Source of the DNA: Lama guanicoe
Lineage: Eukaryota
Direction: 5' to 3'
NCBI GenBank assembly: GCA_013239625.1
Contig: MU054323.1
Coordinates: 3,584,161 to 3,648,160, forward strand
Length of the DNA stretch: 64,000 bases
The position numbers were made by a program, and so were the translations under genes. Below the pieces are notes generated by a model that was not told the origin of the DNA, made no database searches, and was given only the letters and a program-made list of their open reading frames with translations. Of this stretch, positions 1-12,068 are shown piece by piece. How positions within the stretch are numbered: the stretch's first letter is position 1; every line of letters starts with the position of its first letter.

Positions 1-289
1 CTCAGACATCACAGACTCTTTTGGTGACTTCTGAAATGGCAGGGTCCTGAAATAACCATCATTAGCAAGCATCGTGGAAGAGCGTTAAATTGTATCACCA
101 CAGGACACTCTTGTTAAAATGTGACCTTTTCATTTTCGCCTCAAATCTGTTTTATTTGCTGGTAAACAAAAACCGTTGTATAGGAAACATTTTAATTTTT
201 AAAATTTTATTATTCTTTATAGAGCTCTTTACCTGTTCACGTGCAAACGTGGCATTTGATCTTTGCAGCAGTCTTAGGCTGAAGGGAAA

Positions 290-400
290 TGGTGAAGTTT
301 TGTTATTCCCATTTTACAGCTGGGCACATAAAGGCCAAATGTATTCCCAAGTCCACACAGCTTAGAAGTCACTGACCTGCGATTCCACGCCTGATGCCTT
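290..400 (-). mobile_element. MIR SINE fragment
   Basis: ttattcccattttacagctg...cccaagtccacacagct resembles the reverse complement of the MIR core. Confidence 0.65.
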
Positions 401-1164
401 TCTACTGTTCCAAGCTGGGGAAGCTGGGCCATCAGAGTATATAATTTTCCTTTTGTTTCACCAAATGAGAGGTGGCACTCAGTCTGGTCCTCATGGAAAT
501 GCTGTTACAAGCCAGATGCAGGGCCCGAACAGCTCTGCAATTACCAGGGAGAGGGTATAATTTGGGGAACTCAGACTGGGTGGGCTTTATTCTGAAAATC
601 TCATTTGTGATTAACTCTGCTATTATCAGACAAGATCATGTGTGGGAACCAGAGGCAGTAGGTTCTGACCCTGTCCCTGGCTCAGTCAGGTTACACTTTG
701 CGTTCCGCGGGTGACTCACTGGATTCCATGTCTAGGGCCACTCACTCTCTGTACGCTCAGTGTGAAAGCTGCCAAGTGAAGCAGAGGCATCACGTCCCCC
801 TGGTGACCACTGCTCTCTAGGTCCCAATGGTGGCCCCGCCCCTCCCCATGGCCACGCCCTCTCCTCCCCCAAGGCAGTGCTCCAGCCCCAGCATGGGCTG
901 AACCTGAAATTCCACTTCGATCACCAGGAGTTAGTTGCTGCTGGAGGATATTCATTTCAAGAGCCAGCCCTGGTGGCCTGGGCCATGACTCCAAGTGGGA
1001 ATCTCAGTGGCAGCCTTGGTGGATGGCTGTTTCATCTCTGATTTTCACCCCAAAGCACGGACCTTCTCTGTCTCAGTTTCTTAACCTAGAAAATGGGTGT
1101 CTGAGCAGCTGCCACATGTCAGGTAACATGGAGACCGACACAGCAGGCTTCTGCTCTAGGCTCC

Positions 1165-1240
1165 ATGGGTAGATGTTCTTATCCCCATTTTATGGATGGA
1201 GAAACTTTGCCATGGAGAGACTTAGTAACCTGGCAAGAAA
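1165..1240 (-). mobile_element. MIR SINE fragment
   Basis: tatccccattttatggatggagaaact...agtaacctggcaag, MIR core on minus strand. Confidence 0.6.
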
Positions 1241-1999
1241 TACAAACAAAGCAGCCCCTGACATTTGGAAGCTGGCCTCCCACTCACAGCCAGCAGTATT
1301 TTTCTCTCCTGTTGGATATAAACAATCTCACAGGATACCAGCTTCTCATAGAGCACACTGGGACCAGGATAAGATGCCATCCAGCAAGACCACTTCATAG
1401 TTTTGTCTAAACTCAGTAAAGTATTCCAACCCCCCAAGGGGAGCTTACAATCAGATGGGAGATTAGAGCTCAGGTGTCTACTCATGGTGGCCTTGACTGT
1501 GCTATTATCCTCTGAAATCTCCATGTGCTCAGAAATCATCCCAGCCTGGGGCTTTCTACTTCCTGACTCTTTGAAAGAAGAAACAGTGAACGCAGACACT
1601 ACTAACCTGTCATGTGGACATATCTCTTGGACTGGCCGGCAGCGTGGGGATGCCCACAGCCTGCAGAGTGACTGCCCCACCCACCCCCATGGCCCACCTC
1701 TCAGTGCCTGGCACGTGGAGGCAGCCATGTGTTCTGTTGGCAAGGACAGCCAAAACCCCCTCCCCAAGATTGCCCTTTATTCCTGATGATATCTCTATGG
1801 CAGTGTCCTTGATCCCAGCAGGACGCTGGCCTGAGGTACAAGGAGATAACTAGTCACCCTCGCAGACACCGCAGCCCAGTGGTCCACGTACCTGATGGAA
1901 TTGACCCAGACTTTGACATAACTGCCACCCGCGAGCATCTGGCACCAATGCCAGGGAACATCCTTAACGCTGCAGCTACTAAAATAATGACAATTACAG

Positions 2000-2195
2000 T
2001 GGTCACCAGCACCATTTGTAGTGATGGTACTGCGCCAGGACACTTTTTTATACTTCTGTGATCCTCATATAAAAGCCTATAAGGTGGATATTATTATTCC
2101 TGTTTTACAGATGAAGAAACTGAGATGCAGAAAGTTGTATACTAATCTAAGCTGACAGACTGTAAGAGCCAAGATGTGGACCCAGACCTGTCTCC
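2000..2195 (-). mobile_element. MIR SINE
   Basis: attattattcctgttttacagatgaagaaactgag is the reverse complement of the MIR core. Confidence 0.8.
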
Positions 2196-2299
2196 TAGCC
2201 CCTCTACCTCTTCCTGGTCTCTGAGCATCTGACTGTCTTACGTGCACCCGGGTACCTGCACAGATCATTCAGGAACATGGTGGATGTTCCACTCCGCCA

Positions 2300-2673
2300 A
2301 GACCCCACTCGGGACAGGAGGACTCAGCCCCAAGTTGCCAGGACTGCAGTTGGCTGATGGTCTCTCAGGGAACTGCCCTCTGCCCGGGGCTATGCCCTTT
2401 CTAAGGGGCAGCCCACACCCAGTGATGGGTCAGTAGGGGAAGGCAGAAAGCCTGGCCCTCGCCTCAGCTGGGGACAACTCTGAAGGGCCATCCCAGCTTC
2501 TGAGTTCCCTCTGGGGTCAGCAGAGGCCGTGTTGGGATTGCAGGGCGGCCCACCTCCTCTCTCTGCTCAACCCCGTTTCCTTCCTTCTCCCGCGTCCTGA
2601 AGGCACTCCTTAGGGAACTTCCCACACCCACTCTCCGTCACAGAGTCTGCTTTCTGGGGAACCCCACCTGGGA
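2300..2673 (+). mobile_element. LTR16-like ERVL solo LTR
   Basis: 3' end cagagtctgctttctggggaaccccacctgggaca resembles the LTR16 terminus; upstream gggccatcccagct...ggggtcagcagaggcc is also LTR16-like. Confidence 0.7.
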
Positions 2674-3124
2674 CAAGGATGTTTTACAAGGGTAACTGGG
2701 GGTGTGCAGATTTACCCACTGGCTTCTGTAAAGCGCCTGTGATATCCACAGGAGGGCGGTGACCCCAGCAGGAAGGATGGGCACTGCTGTGTTCTTGGCA
2801 TCAGTTGGCTTGGGCTGAAGGCAGGGGTCCATCTGATGGACCCTAGGCTCTTAGTGGTTTAAAAGGTGTTCTCTGCCACGAAGGTTTGCTGAATATATTT
2901 TTCGTAGGAAAGCTTGGAGTTAACCTTTTCTTTAAAAAAAAAAGAGACATTTGCAGATTAGAGGGCCTGACCTTCCAAGTTTATTTTTAAGGTAAATAAA
3001 GGATATCCTCTTTTATAGTTTAACCCCTAAATATAGCACAATGAATCATTTACAACACCTTGACCAGAACAGACAGTGTAATAGCAAAGATACTACTACT
3101 TGATTCTACAAATTGGTCATCTGT

Positions 3125-3250
3125 TTAGTTCTGTATGCTGGCCTATGTGTTTAGGGGTTAGGGAGACAGAGATGAAAAAGCTTCTGTGTTTCGAGGGGCT
3201 CACCAGCTAGTAGGAGACATTGACGTCAAACCGGTGATAATAAAAAGCAT
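3125..3250 (-). mobile_element. L2 LINE fragment
   Basis: gggagacagagatgaaaaag...ggggctcaccagctagtaggagaca resembles L2 3' region on minus strand. Confidence 0.5.
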
Positions 3251-3579
3251 GATGATAGCACTTGGCATCCAGACTCTGATTTAAAGTGTTGAATAAAAAA
3301 AAATTAATGGACATTATCATTCCAGACTAATTTAATGAAAATTATGAACAGGCAGATAAGAAGCTGCCATCCAGAGCTATTGATTTAGGAGTTAGCTAAT
3401 CTTTCTCCCCGGCTCCAGGCAGGCCTCAGCTGTAAGCCGGTGTTGGGGCCTAGAACCTTTATAGAAAAGCTTCTTGAGCTTGATTTGTGTATGAAAGTGG
3501 TTGATGAGTTTGTCCCCTGCAGGCTACCTGCCAATGTCCTAAGAGGTATTGTCTTAAAATATTAGTTGATTGTATCTCT

Positions 3580-3900
3580 TTCCTACTCAAAAATCTGTAA
3601 GGCCTCCCGTTCCACCTCGATTGTCTCTTGGATGAAATTCAACCCCTCTTCTTCCATTATTCCCCAGAAAATGTTCCTCTTTGGTCCAATTGGTCCACTC
3701 ACTGGACTACAAACTCAGGGGCCCTTTGAATAAGTCCGGGACTCCGTGCCTTTGCTTGTGTTAGTCCTCTCTCCTGGAAGACCTTCCTCACTTCTCTTGA
3801 CCTGCCCGAAGAGTACACATTTTTCAGGCTCTCCAAATTTTTATCTCCTCTGTAAAGTCTTCCTGGACATCCCAACCTGAAGCGGAGTCTCACCTCTGAG
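3580..3900 (+). mobile_element. L2 LINE fragment
   Basis: cctactcaaaaatct...gcctttgcttgtgttagtcctctctcctggaagaccttcc resembles L2 3' region. Confidence 0.5.
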
Positions 3901-4444
3901 AGTTCTTGCATTATCCCTTTGTGAGACAATGAAACCCCATTGCCCTGTGATAGCCCGTCATCCTGGCCTTGACCTGCCACTTGAATGTGTTCTGTTGGTC
4001 TTCTGGGAATCTACACATCTCCCTAGTGGGACCTGGAGCTAACCTGTAAGGATCATAGCGTCCCGAGGTGTGTCCTTCTGGGAGCAGCTTTGCTTATCCT
4101 CAGTGCTGTAATGTATTAGGTCCAAGCTAGAAACGAGAAGCTTCTCCCTTCAATCTCGTCACGAAGATTTGGCTCCTCCAAATATTGAACAGAATCAAGT
4201 CAGTTACTTTGGGGGAAAGAGATAGCATTTCTCACTGTTGAGAATAAGTTAGTCCAAATCCCTTTTTTCTTTTAAGGAAAGCAATACATCAAAAGGGGAA
4301 AAAGAGCCTTATGTGACCCTTACTTGGTTCTCTGAGAGCAGCATAACCTGGCTGCAATCCCAAAAAGGGGGAAGAAAATGTTTTTCAAAATGCTAATGCC
4401 CTATACATTTGAGATCTGTTTAGTTCATTTTTTTTAGGAAAAAT

Positions 4445-4445
<1 letters not shown>

Positions 4446-4472
<27 letters not shown>
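4446..4472. repeat. (TG)13 microsatellite
   Basis: Uninterrupted tg run read directly. Confidence 0.97.
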
Positions 4473-4475
<3 letters not shown>

Positions 4476-5865
4476 GCTGCCTGCCTGTGCAAGGTATGCG
4501 TCCTGATGTGTGTGTGTCTAAATGTCTGCCATGCTGCCGTTGATCTTTCCTTAAGTTGAAAACCGATCTGGAATGCTATCCCTTCCACTCAGAGGGATGC
4601 TTAGGCCAGTCCTACATGGGACAGGGCCGGAAGCAGACCCACGATAGAACAGGACTTATAAGGGACACGGAGGGTCAGCAGCACCCCAAGTTATCATTTT
4701 TAAAAGACAGACACAGAAAATCACAGGACTACACCCTGATCTTTCTGGCTCCCAAGGCCATGGGTGTGTCCTGGCAAAGGGGGGTCCCTGACACACTCTG
4801 CCAGGCCTAGCCACAGGAAGGGTCAAACAAAACTACTCTTGGCCTTTGCTGTTTTGGCAAAAGCAGAAACTGCAACACCTCTGCTCCCAGCAGGGCCCAG
4901 GGCCCAGGGCCCAGGCTCCAGCCACTTCTGAAAGACTTGCCTGCCTGTCTGGGTACCAAGGCTAGACCCTGAACATGTTCATTCTTCTCTGGGGCTGTTC
5001 TGGCCTCTCCTGTTAGGTCTCCTCACCTTCCCAAGACAGCCAAGAGGAGACCAACATGCCCTTCTGTTTGCTTGTGTGTCTGTTGGCATTTTCTCTTAAG
5101 AACCCCACAGCTTGGGGTAGGAGGAGCATTTCACTCAAGAGGGGTCAGAGGCTCTGAGAGGGAGAGTATTGCCCAACGGTACCCCAGCCCCAGCACTCCC
5201 AGCCCCAGCCCCAGCCGGCCATGGAAACTTGGACTTCACGCTGGAGAGAGATGTGATGGGTTTCGCTAGGGCTTGGCTCAGACTGAGGAACCCGCAGATT
5301 CTGCTTCTGCCTCTGCCTCTCCCAGGGCCTGGGAAGATGGGCACATGGCAGGTGCACAGTGAGTCTGAACAAACCCTCCAGGGGCCAGGCCCAGTGTGAG
5401 GTGCCTGCACATGCATGATCTTAACCCAAGGCCATGATAGCCAAGCAAGGAGCAGAGGAAGATAAAGCTGAGATAAATGCCCAAGGGAGGCCAGGGGTGC
5501 TCCTGCCCACGTGTGGCCATATCTGAGGGGCATCCATGAGGACTATTCTATCCATCACGACAGCAAAAGAGAAGTTGCGAGTGTAATATACAAAGACAGG
5601 CTGTTAGGACGTGGTCAGAGGGTGGGGCTGGCAGGATGTACACCAGGGAATCGTCAGTGTTGCCAGTGTCAGGAAGGGAAGGGAGTTGCTCCGGGGATGG
5701 CCCTGTACCTCGGCTTGCTCTGTCCCTGCCCCTTTCTGCAGCCCTGGTGTTGCTTGGGATTCCCTGCATCCACCAGGCAGAACATGTAGAGGGCCTGGCA
5801 TTCAGGAGATGAGTCCAGGATAGAGATGTGTGTTTGGGTATAATGAGCCACCAACTGATATGGCA

Positions 5866-6223
5866 TGTTGTGGACCGAGTGCAGGTGTCCCCTCAATTTA
5901 TATGTTGAGGCTCTAATCCCCCAGGTGATGGTATTTGGAAGGAGGGCCTCTGGGAGCTAATTAGGTTTAGACGAGGTTGTGAGGTCAGGGCCCCCATGGA
6001 AGGAGTAGCGTCCTTAGAAGGAGAGGAAGAGGCTGGGGCTAGCTGTCTCCCCACCACGTGAGGACACAGTGAGAAGGTGGCTGTCTGCTGGCCAGGAAGC
6101 AGGCTCTCACCAGAGTCTGACCAGGCCGGCACCCAGCCTCCAGGACTGTGAGAATTAAATGTCTGTTGTCTTGGCCACCCAGTCTATGGTATTATGTTAT
6201 GACAGCCCGAGCTGACTAAGGCC
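5866..6223 (+). mobile_element. MLT1A-like MaLR solo LTR
   Basis: Starts tgttgtggac; internal gtgaggacacagtgagaaggtggctgtct; ends ccacccagtctatggtatt...gctgactaag; flanks tggca/tggcc give a 4/5 TSD match. Confidence 0.9.
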
Positions 6224-9200
6224 TGGCCTTACGATCTGAGCTCTGGGGAAGCTGAGACTGTGGCGCAGACATGAGTTCCCAGCAGTGGGGAGATGGGGGC
6301 ATGTCGGGGTGGGCGGCTGTGAAGCGGACTAGGCTGGTGATGGGGTTCAGGATGCGCCCAGACCCTTGTCTGGCTCTGCCGGTTTGCCGCCCTCCTTCTG
6401 CCTGGGCTGGCCGAGACAGGTCACTTCCCCAGACAACCTGCTTTGGAGGAAGCAGTGATTCCCAGGCCAGACGTGCGCGTGAGCTCCCACTGTGTAATTA
6501 AAGGATGAACAGCAAGGCCGCTGGGCCTGGCACTCAGCTCTCTGTCTGTGGTAATGCCTGAACCGTGTCTGGCCACATAATGGCTCCTCCCCCCTCCCGA
6601 CGGAATCCGTGCTCTCAGAGCATTACTCCTAGGGCAGCTGAGTTGTGGGGGAGAAGTAACTGAGTCTCCCGTGCGGATGGAGCAGTCAGAGTCACCCTCA
6701 GGACCCTTGTCTGGGAGCCCGCCTCCAGCTCTGTCCCAGCCCCTGTTTCCTGCACAGCTGAATTTCTGGCTGATGAGTCTTTCTAATGTGAAGGGTCTGA
6801 GGCCAGGGCCTCTTGACTATGGTGGGTTTGGTCCCACGTGGTACTGGATGGAGAACTGCCTTAGTCCCCATCGTGGGGGCTTGGAAGGAAGCACGGCCAG
6901 ACAGAGCCATCAATAAGGAACCTGGGTGGGCAGTGAGCCTGGGGGCAGGGGGCGGTCCCACAGCCTATAGGGGGAGACCACTGCCAGATTTCTGGCCTGA
7001 GTGAACATGCAGGTTCCTCCCAGCCAGAAAGGCCTGTGTCCTGTGAGCTCTTTGAAGACGCTCAGTGGAACTGATTTCCAGCTTGTCTTCTATCTGCACT
7101 CCAAAGGCGATCTCTGAGGCTCTAGAAGTCCGAGAAGCCTGTTTAAAGCTGCCTTGGACACCTGACAGGGTAGGGAATGGGGAGTGGGGAGGAGGACTGG
7201 GAAGAGAGAGAGAAGGAGGGGAGGGGAGGGGGGTTATAGACTAGGATGGGGACATTTGAGAAGGGTCTGCCCAAACCTGGAGCTGTGGACACCTTTATGC
7301 TTTGGACGTGCTGGTTTAGGTGCCTCATTTTCTCATATCTTTTAGGAAATGAAAGACACTTAAGAATTCAGGCCTCGGGCAAGGGGCTGCAGCCCACAGA
7401 AGGCAGCCTTGCTCCTGTCCCTCTGCGCAGCCCCGAGACCCTGGCCCAGCCTTCCCCACAAACACCCACGTCCTGTTCCCTGCTTGGCTCCTGCCCAGGG
7501 GCACAGCCAGAGGGAAGTGTCTGGCCCTGCAGAAACGCTTCCAGGTGTGAGCGAGGACGAGCTTAATCAGAACGGCTCCTCTGAGATGCCTGGGAAGTGT
7601 TGACAGATTTGGCTGCATTTTCAAATGCTTGGTGCAGCTTTTTATCAGTCAGGTGAGGTGTCACACTGGCCCCAACCCTGTGTTTGGTACAAACAGGGGG
7701 ACCGAGGCCGGAAGAGGCAAACTGTTCTGCTCGAGTCCTGAGGTTTCCGAGTGGGATGCAGGGCTTATTGGCGTTGAGGCCAGGATGCTGTGCTCTGATG
7801 GGCCCTCCTCCATGCCTGTGGGCCCCCTCTTGGGTGTCTGGCTGGTCCAGGTCTCTGGGTCTGAAGGACAGGGGCCTGAGGGCTGCTGGCTCAGCGTTCA
7901 GAGCAGCATCTCAGAGCTTCAGCCTGACTTCTGGGTCCAGGCATGTAGGTGGCAAGGATTTTGTAGTCCAGTGTCCATCCCCTCCTGAGTGTGGGTTGCA
8001 GGTCTCCACGATGCTGGGGCTCAGGCAGCCTGCAATTACAGAAAGGGGCAGCACAGTTCGGGGATGGAGCCCTGGGCAGCCTTGGGAAACGTGCTCACCC
8101 TCTGCTCTGTCGCAATGGTCTTGCAGCCTAAGGTGCATCTTCTCTCCCCCTGCACCCCGAGTTTCTCATTTGCTTGGTGTAGGGGTTGAGGGGAAGCCTG
8201 AAGCCTGACGCTGGGCTGCAGGGCTGCTGCTGGGGCCATCACTTTCCCGCTTTCTCCTCACCCCCACCCTCCCTCCCCTTTCACTTCCCCAGCCCCCGCT
8301 TCCTCTCCCAGAACCCACTCTCCCTCCCCCACCTCACATCACTGTAGGACTCTCAAGCCACAGCCTGAACAAACCACGGAGAGCCCTTGCCCTTTCTACT
8401 ACTCTCTCTGAGGACAAAACTTCTAAGCCAAGGGGAAACCCAATTACTGTGCCCTTTTGTCTTTTTTTTTTTTTCTGAATTACTCCGTAATCTATCTATT
8501 AAAAAACAACCTCAAGCAGGATCCTAAATAAATGAGCTTTAAGCAAGGGAATTATCTATGTGATTCATTCTCCCTCGGGGCAGATATGCAATTTATCTTT
8601 CAGCAAAGTGCACAGTGACTTAACCTAAGAACAATGACCATCAGTCCCATCTGTCCCCAGGAGAAAGAAAGCATTCCGTGTCAGTGCCAGGGGCTCTGAC
8701 CCCATTAGGGACTTCTCTGGAGGTGCTCCCGTAATGGTGACATCTCAACCAAAGTGAGCTTGGAGAGCCGAGGGCTGCAGGCAGGGGAAGGAGGCACATG
8801 CATTCCCCCGGGCTGAGCAGAGCTGGGCAAGAGGGGACTCCTCCTTTTCAGGGTGTGTGTGTGTGGGGGGGTGTTGCCCACCTCAGAAGTCTGTGCTGAT
8901 TGGCTTACCCTCTCCCTCTTCCTCTCTTGTTTCGCTCGTCTCCTTCCAGGTTGCTGCAGGTGCCCCCTAGCCCCAGGACAGGGGTGGGGGTGGGGAAAGA
9001 GGGGTCATATTCCTGTGCTTGGCACTAGGTTGGCACCTAGGCACTTGGCGCCGAAGCAGCTGCAACCCTGCGCCACAGTCACTTACCCATGGGCTCGAAC
9101 AGGGCCAGGGACGTGGAACTCAATCAATTTTTTTTTTTCTTTCTAGAGGACATGGCTGTCATTGCTCAATTTAGGGAAAAGGCTGATTCCTGCCCTGGAC

Positions 9201-9619
9201 TTGCCTGAACACTCGCAGGCCCTGCCTGAGTTCACCCGAGTTTGCCAGATCCCGTGAGCCCAGGCTTTCCTTGCCAGCCCTGGGGCATCACCCACTGCAC
9301 CCTGCTCTGCCTTGGGTTCTGCTTTCTGGAAGCCCAGCATCCAGGGACCTGTGGGGGCCGCAGTGGTAGCATTACAGGCTAAAATATGAGTAAGCCTTCC
9401 CAGAGCCATAGAATCTCATGGAAACAGAAACACGCAGCAATTTACAGCAGTCTCAGAACCACAGCATCATAGAAAAGCAGAACCCCACACTTCAAAAAGA
9501 TTTTTAAAGTAATCTGTCTTCTCCCAGCACAGCGGCCCCACCTGCCTTCTGCCCTTCTTTCCTCCTCCGCTATCTCCTTGAAAGGAAGTTTGTCCTCGTG
9601 GTAGGCATTCCAGGGCTTC

Positions 9620-9983
9620 TCCTTTCCTCCCTGGACCTGTGGGGCCCCACACGTTGCAGGACCCTTGCAGTTAGGAAGGGCCAGGTGACATTTCTGCCTG
9701 TGAAATATGAGCAGAAGGAACATGTGTCCCATTTCTGAGTAGTGGTCCCCACAAGTCATCTTCTCTAGTATCTCTTTTCCTTCTCAGCATGGCTGCAGCC
9801 AAGTTTGCGTCGAGATGGCAGGGCCACAGGTCCAAGACACCTTTGACCATGCATCAAGACATTGCATGGAGGACAGTGCCCTGGAGAGAGGCCCAAGCTG
9901 CAGCAGACTTTATGTGAGGGAGAGCTAGACTTGTTGAGATTTGGGATCCATTTGTTACCACAGTATAACGTAGCCTGTCTGGC
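9620..9983 (+). mobile_element. Old MLT1 (I/J/K-like) MaLR LTR
   Basis: cccttgcagttaggaagggccaggtgac...tgagcagaag and 3' gagatttgggatccatttgttaccacagtataacgtagcct; cut just before its terminus by MER21. Confidence 0.7.
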
Positions 9984-10677
9984 TGTGATGTTGTGATTTA
10001 TAGTAAGAAAAAAAATATATATATATATATGGTCTTCCTCACCATTCCTGGCACCTCTGAGCTTGTAAATCCCTTGGAATTTCATAAGTGCTCAAAGTGG
10101 AAAAGGTTTCTTTTGTTATATTAATGAGGCAAATTTTGGACCACACCTAAGGATGGGGGCTCTTTGCCTGGAGAGCTAATCAGGTGATTAAAAGGTAGGA
10201 CCACTCTGTCCCATTACCCAACCTCGGGGGAGGGGCAAGGGGCTTGAGATTGAGTTCAATGATTAATCAGTCATGCCTATGTAATGAAGCCTCCATAAAA
10301 ACCCAAAAGGACAGGGTTCAGAGAGCTTCTGGGTTGTTGATTACGTGGAGACTTGGGAAGATTGGTGCCCTCAGAGAGGTCAGGGAAGCGCCACACCCCT
10401 TCCCAATTACCTTGCCCTATGCATCTCTTCCATCTGGCTGCTCCTGAATTACGTAATTTTGTAACAAACCAGTAATTTAGTAAGTAAAAAGTTTCTCTGA
10501 GTTCTGTGACCTGCTCTATTAAATTAATCGAATCCAAGGCGCGGGGTTATTGGAACTTCTGATCCACAGCCAGTTAGTTGGACGTACAGGTAACAAACTG
10601 GGTTTCATCTGGTGTCTGAAGTTGGGGGTGAGGGGCAATCTTGTGAGACTGAGCCCTTAACCTGTGGAATGTGATGC
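9984..10677 (+). mobile_element. MER21-family LTR, 3' truncated
   Basis: Starts tgtgatgttgtg; diagnostic aatcagtcatgcctatgtaatgaagcctccataaaaaccc, ccttgccctatgcatctcttccatctggctg and gactgagcccttaacctgtgg. Confidence 0.85.
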
Positions 10678-11069
10678 TGGAGCCAGACTGGAGAAAGAGC
10701 CTGGAGTCGGGACCGAGACATCAATGGTTTAATGGATAGGGAGGGATTTTACAGGTCAGAAGCAAGGTCCTAGGGCAACTCCCCACCGTGAAGGTGGGCA
10801 GGACAGGCAGCAATCTGCTCCTGCGGGTAGAGGGAGGTTAGCAGTTACAGCAGGAATTGATGTCAGTTTGGTTCATTTGTTACCAGGGAAACCAGCAGAG
10901 GGGCTCGCCCCTCACCACCCCTTTGATAAGAGCAGTCACTAGCTCAGGCCTGGGGCAAGTATGTAGGAAGGTCAGTCATGTGAGTAGGGTGTAGGTGAAG
11001 CAGGCTCTGGTTGAGCAGGGGACGTTCAGAGGGCAAGAAAACAGCCACTTTGAGTGGCCTGACCATGCA
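10678..11069 (-). mobile_element. ERV solo LTR, family not identified
   Basis: Minus strand starts TG (tgcatggtcaggccactcaaagtggc), has ATTAAA at 10733-10728 and apparently ends CA; about 390 bp; abuts truncated MER21. Confidence 0.6.
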
Positions 11070-11130
11070 AATATGTTTCCAGGGGATTCCGTTGTTGGTG
11101 GCCTGGGGACCAGTTTGAGAACAGCTGCTC
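11070..11130 (+). mobile_element. MER5-like hAT MITE terminal fragment
   Basis: ccaggggattcc...ggggaccagtttgagaacagctg resembles the MER5 end. Confidence 0.5.
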
Positions 11131-11504
11131 TGTACCTTCTGTTAGATCCCCCCAGGAGCCCACCAGCCCACTCTGGTCACGGCTGCAGAGGTACTTCTGC
11201 TTTGCCACGCCCCACAGAACAGAACCCAATGCTTTGGCACCCACCTTGTTGAGCTGGGGAAGTCTGTCCCTTCCATGGGCTGTGGGCCTCCCTGCATAGG
11301 GCCCACAGTGGGAGGGTCAGAGCAATAAGTGGCACTCAGTGAATACTTACTGAGGAGATAGTACATGGTGTCCTCACCCCTGAAATTTCACTAAGCTTCA
11401 GGCTCTTGGTACAGAGACCATTGTGGAACTCTCAGTGCTCGCCTTGTGAGCCTCTGAGCAGATGCCGGCTCTCAGGTGTGTTGGAGAGGGGATGGTGAAC
11501 AGAG

Positions 11505-12068
11505 ACTGTACCTCAAAGTGTCCTTCAGTAGGTGAATGGATACATAAAAAATGGTACATCCAGATGATGGATTATTATTCAACACTAAAAAGAAATGAAC
11601 TATCAAACTATGAAAAGATGTGGAGGAAAATTAAATGCATATTACCAAGGGAAAGAAGCCCGTCTGAAAATGCTGCATACTGTGATATCCAACTCTGTGA
11701 CATTTTGGAGAAGACAAAAGTCTAGAGACAGTAGAAGAATCCCAGGGGTGGGGGGTGGAACAATGAAAAAATGGAGCAGAGGGGATTTTTAGGGCACCAA
11801 AGACTGTATATGCTCCTATAAGGTGGACTCCTGTCCTTACACATCTGTCAAAACCCATAGAATGTACAACACAAGACTGACCCCCAAAGGTAAACTATGG
11901 ACGTTGGGTGATAATGATGTGTCATGGATTGTAACAAATGTCCCCCTCTGGTGGGGGATGTTGATGGTCGGGGAGGCTGTGCCTGCGTGGGGCAGGGCGT
12001 ACACAAGAATTCTGCACCTTCATCTCAATTTTGCTGTGAACTTAAAGCTTCTGTAAAAACAATAGTCT
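11505..12068 (+). mobile_element. L1MC-like LINE-1 3' UTR
   Basis: tgtccttcagtaggtgaatggata, gtcaaaacccatagaatgtacaacacaaga, taaactatggac and caattttgctgtgaacttaaa are typical of the L1MC1 3' end. Confidence 0.88.

Noticed and set aside
1222..1853. Overlapping 79-181 aa ORFs
   Set aside because: Present on both strands, no recognisable family, and one runs into a MIR; consistent with chance.
3249..3279. C/D-box snoRNA (ATGATGA...CTGA)
   Set aside because: Boxes are only about 30 nt apart with no terminal stem; too short.
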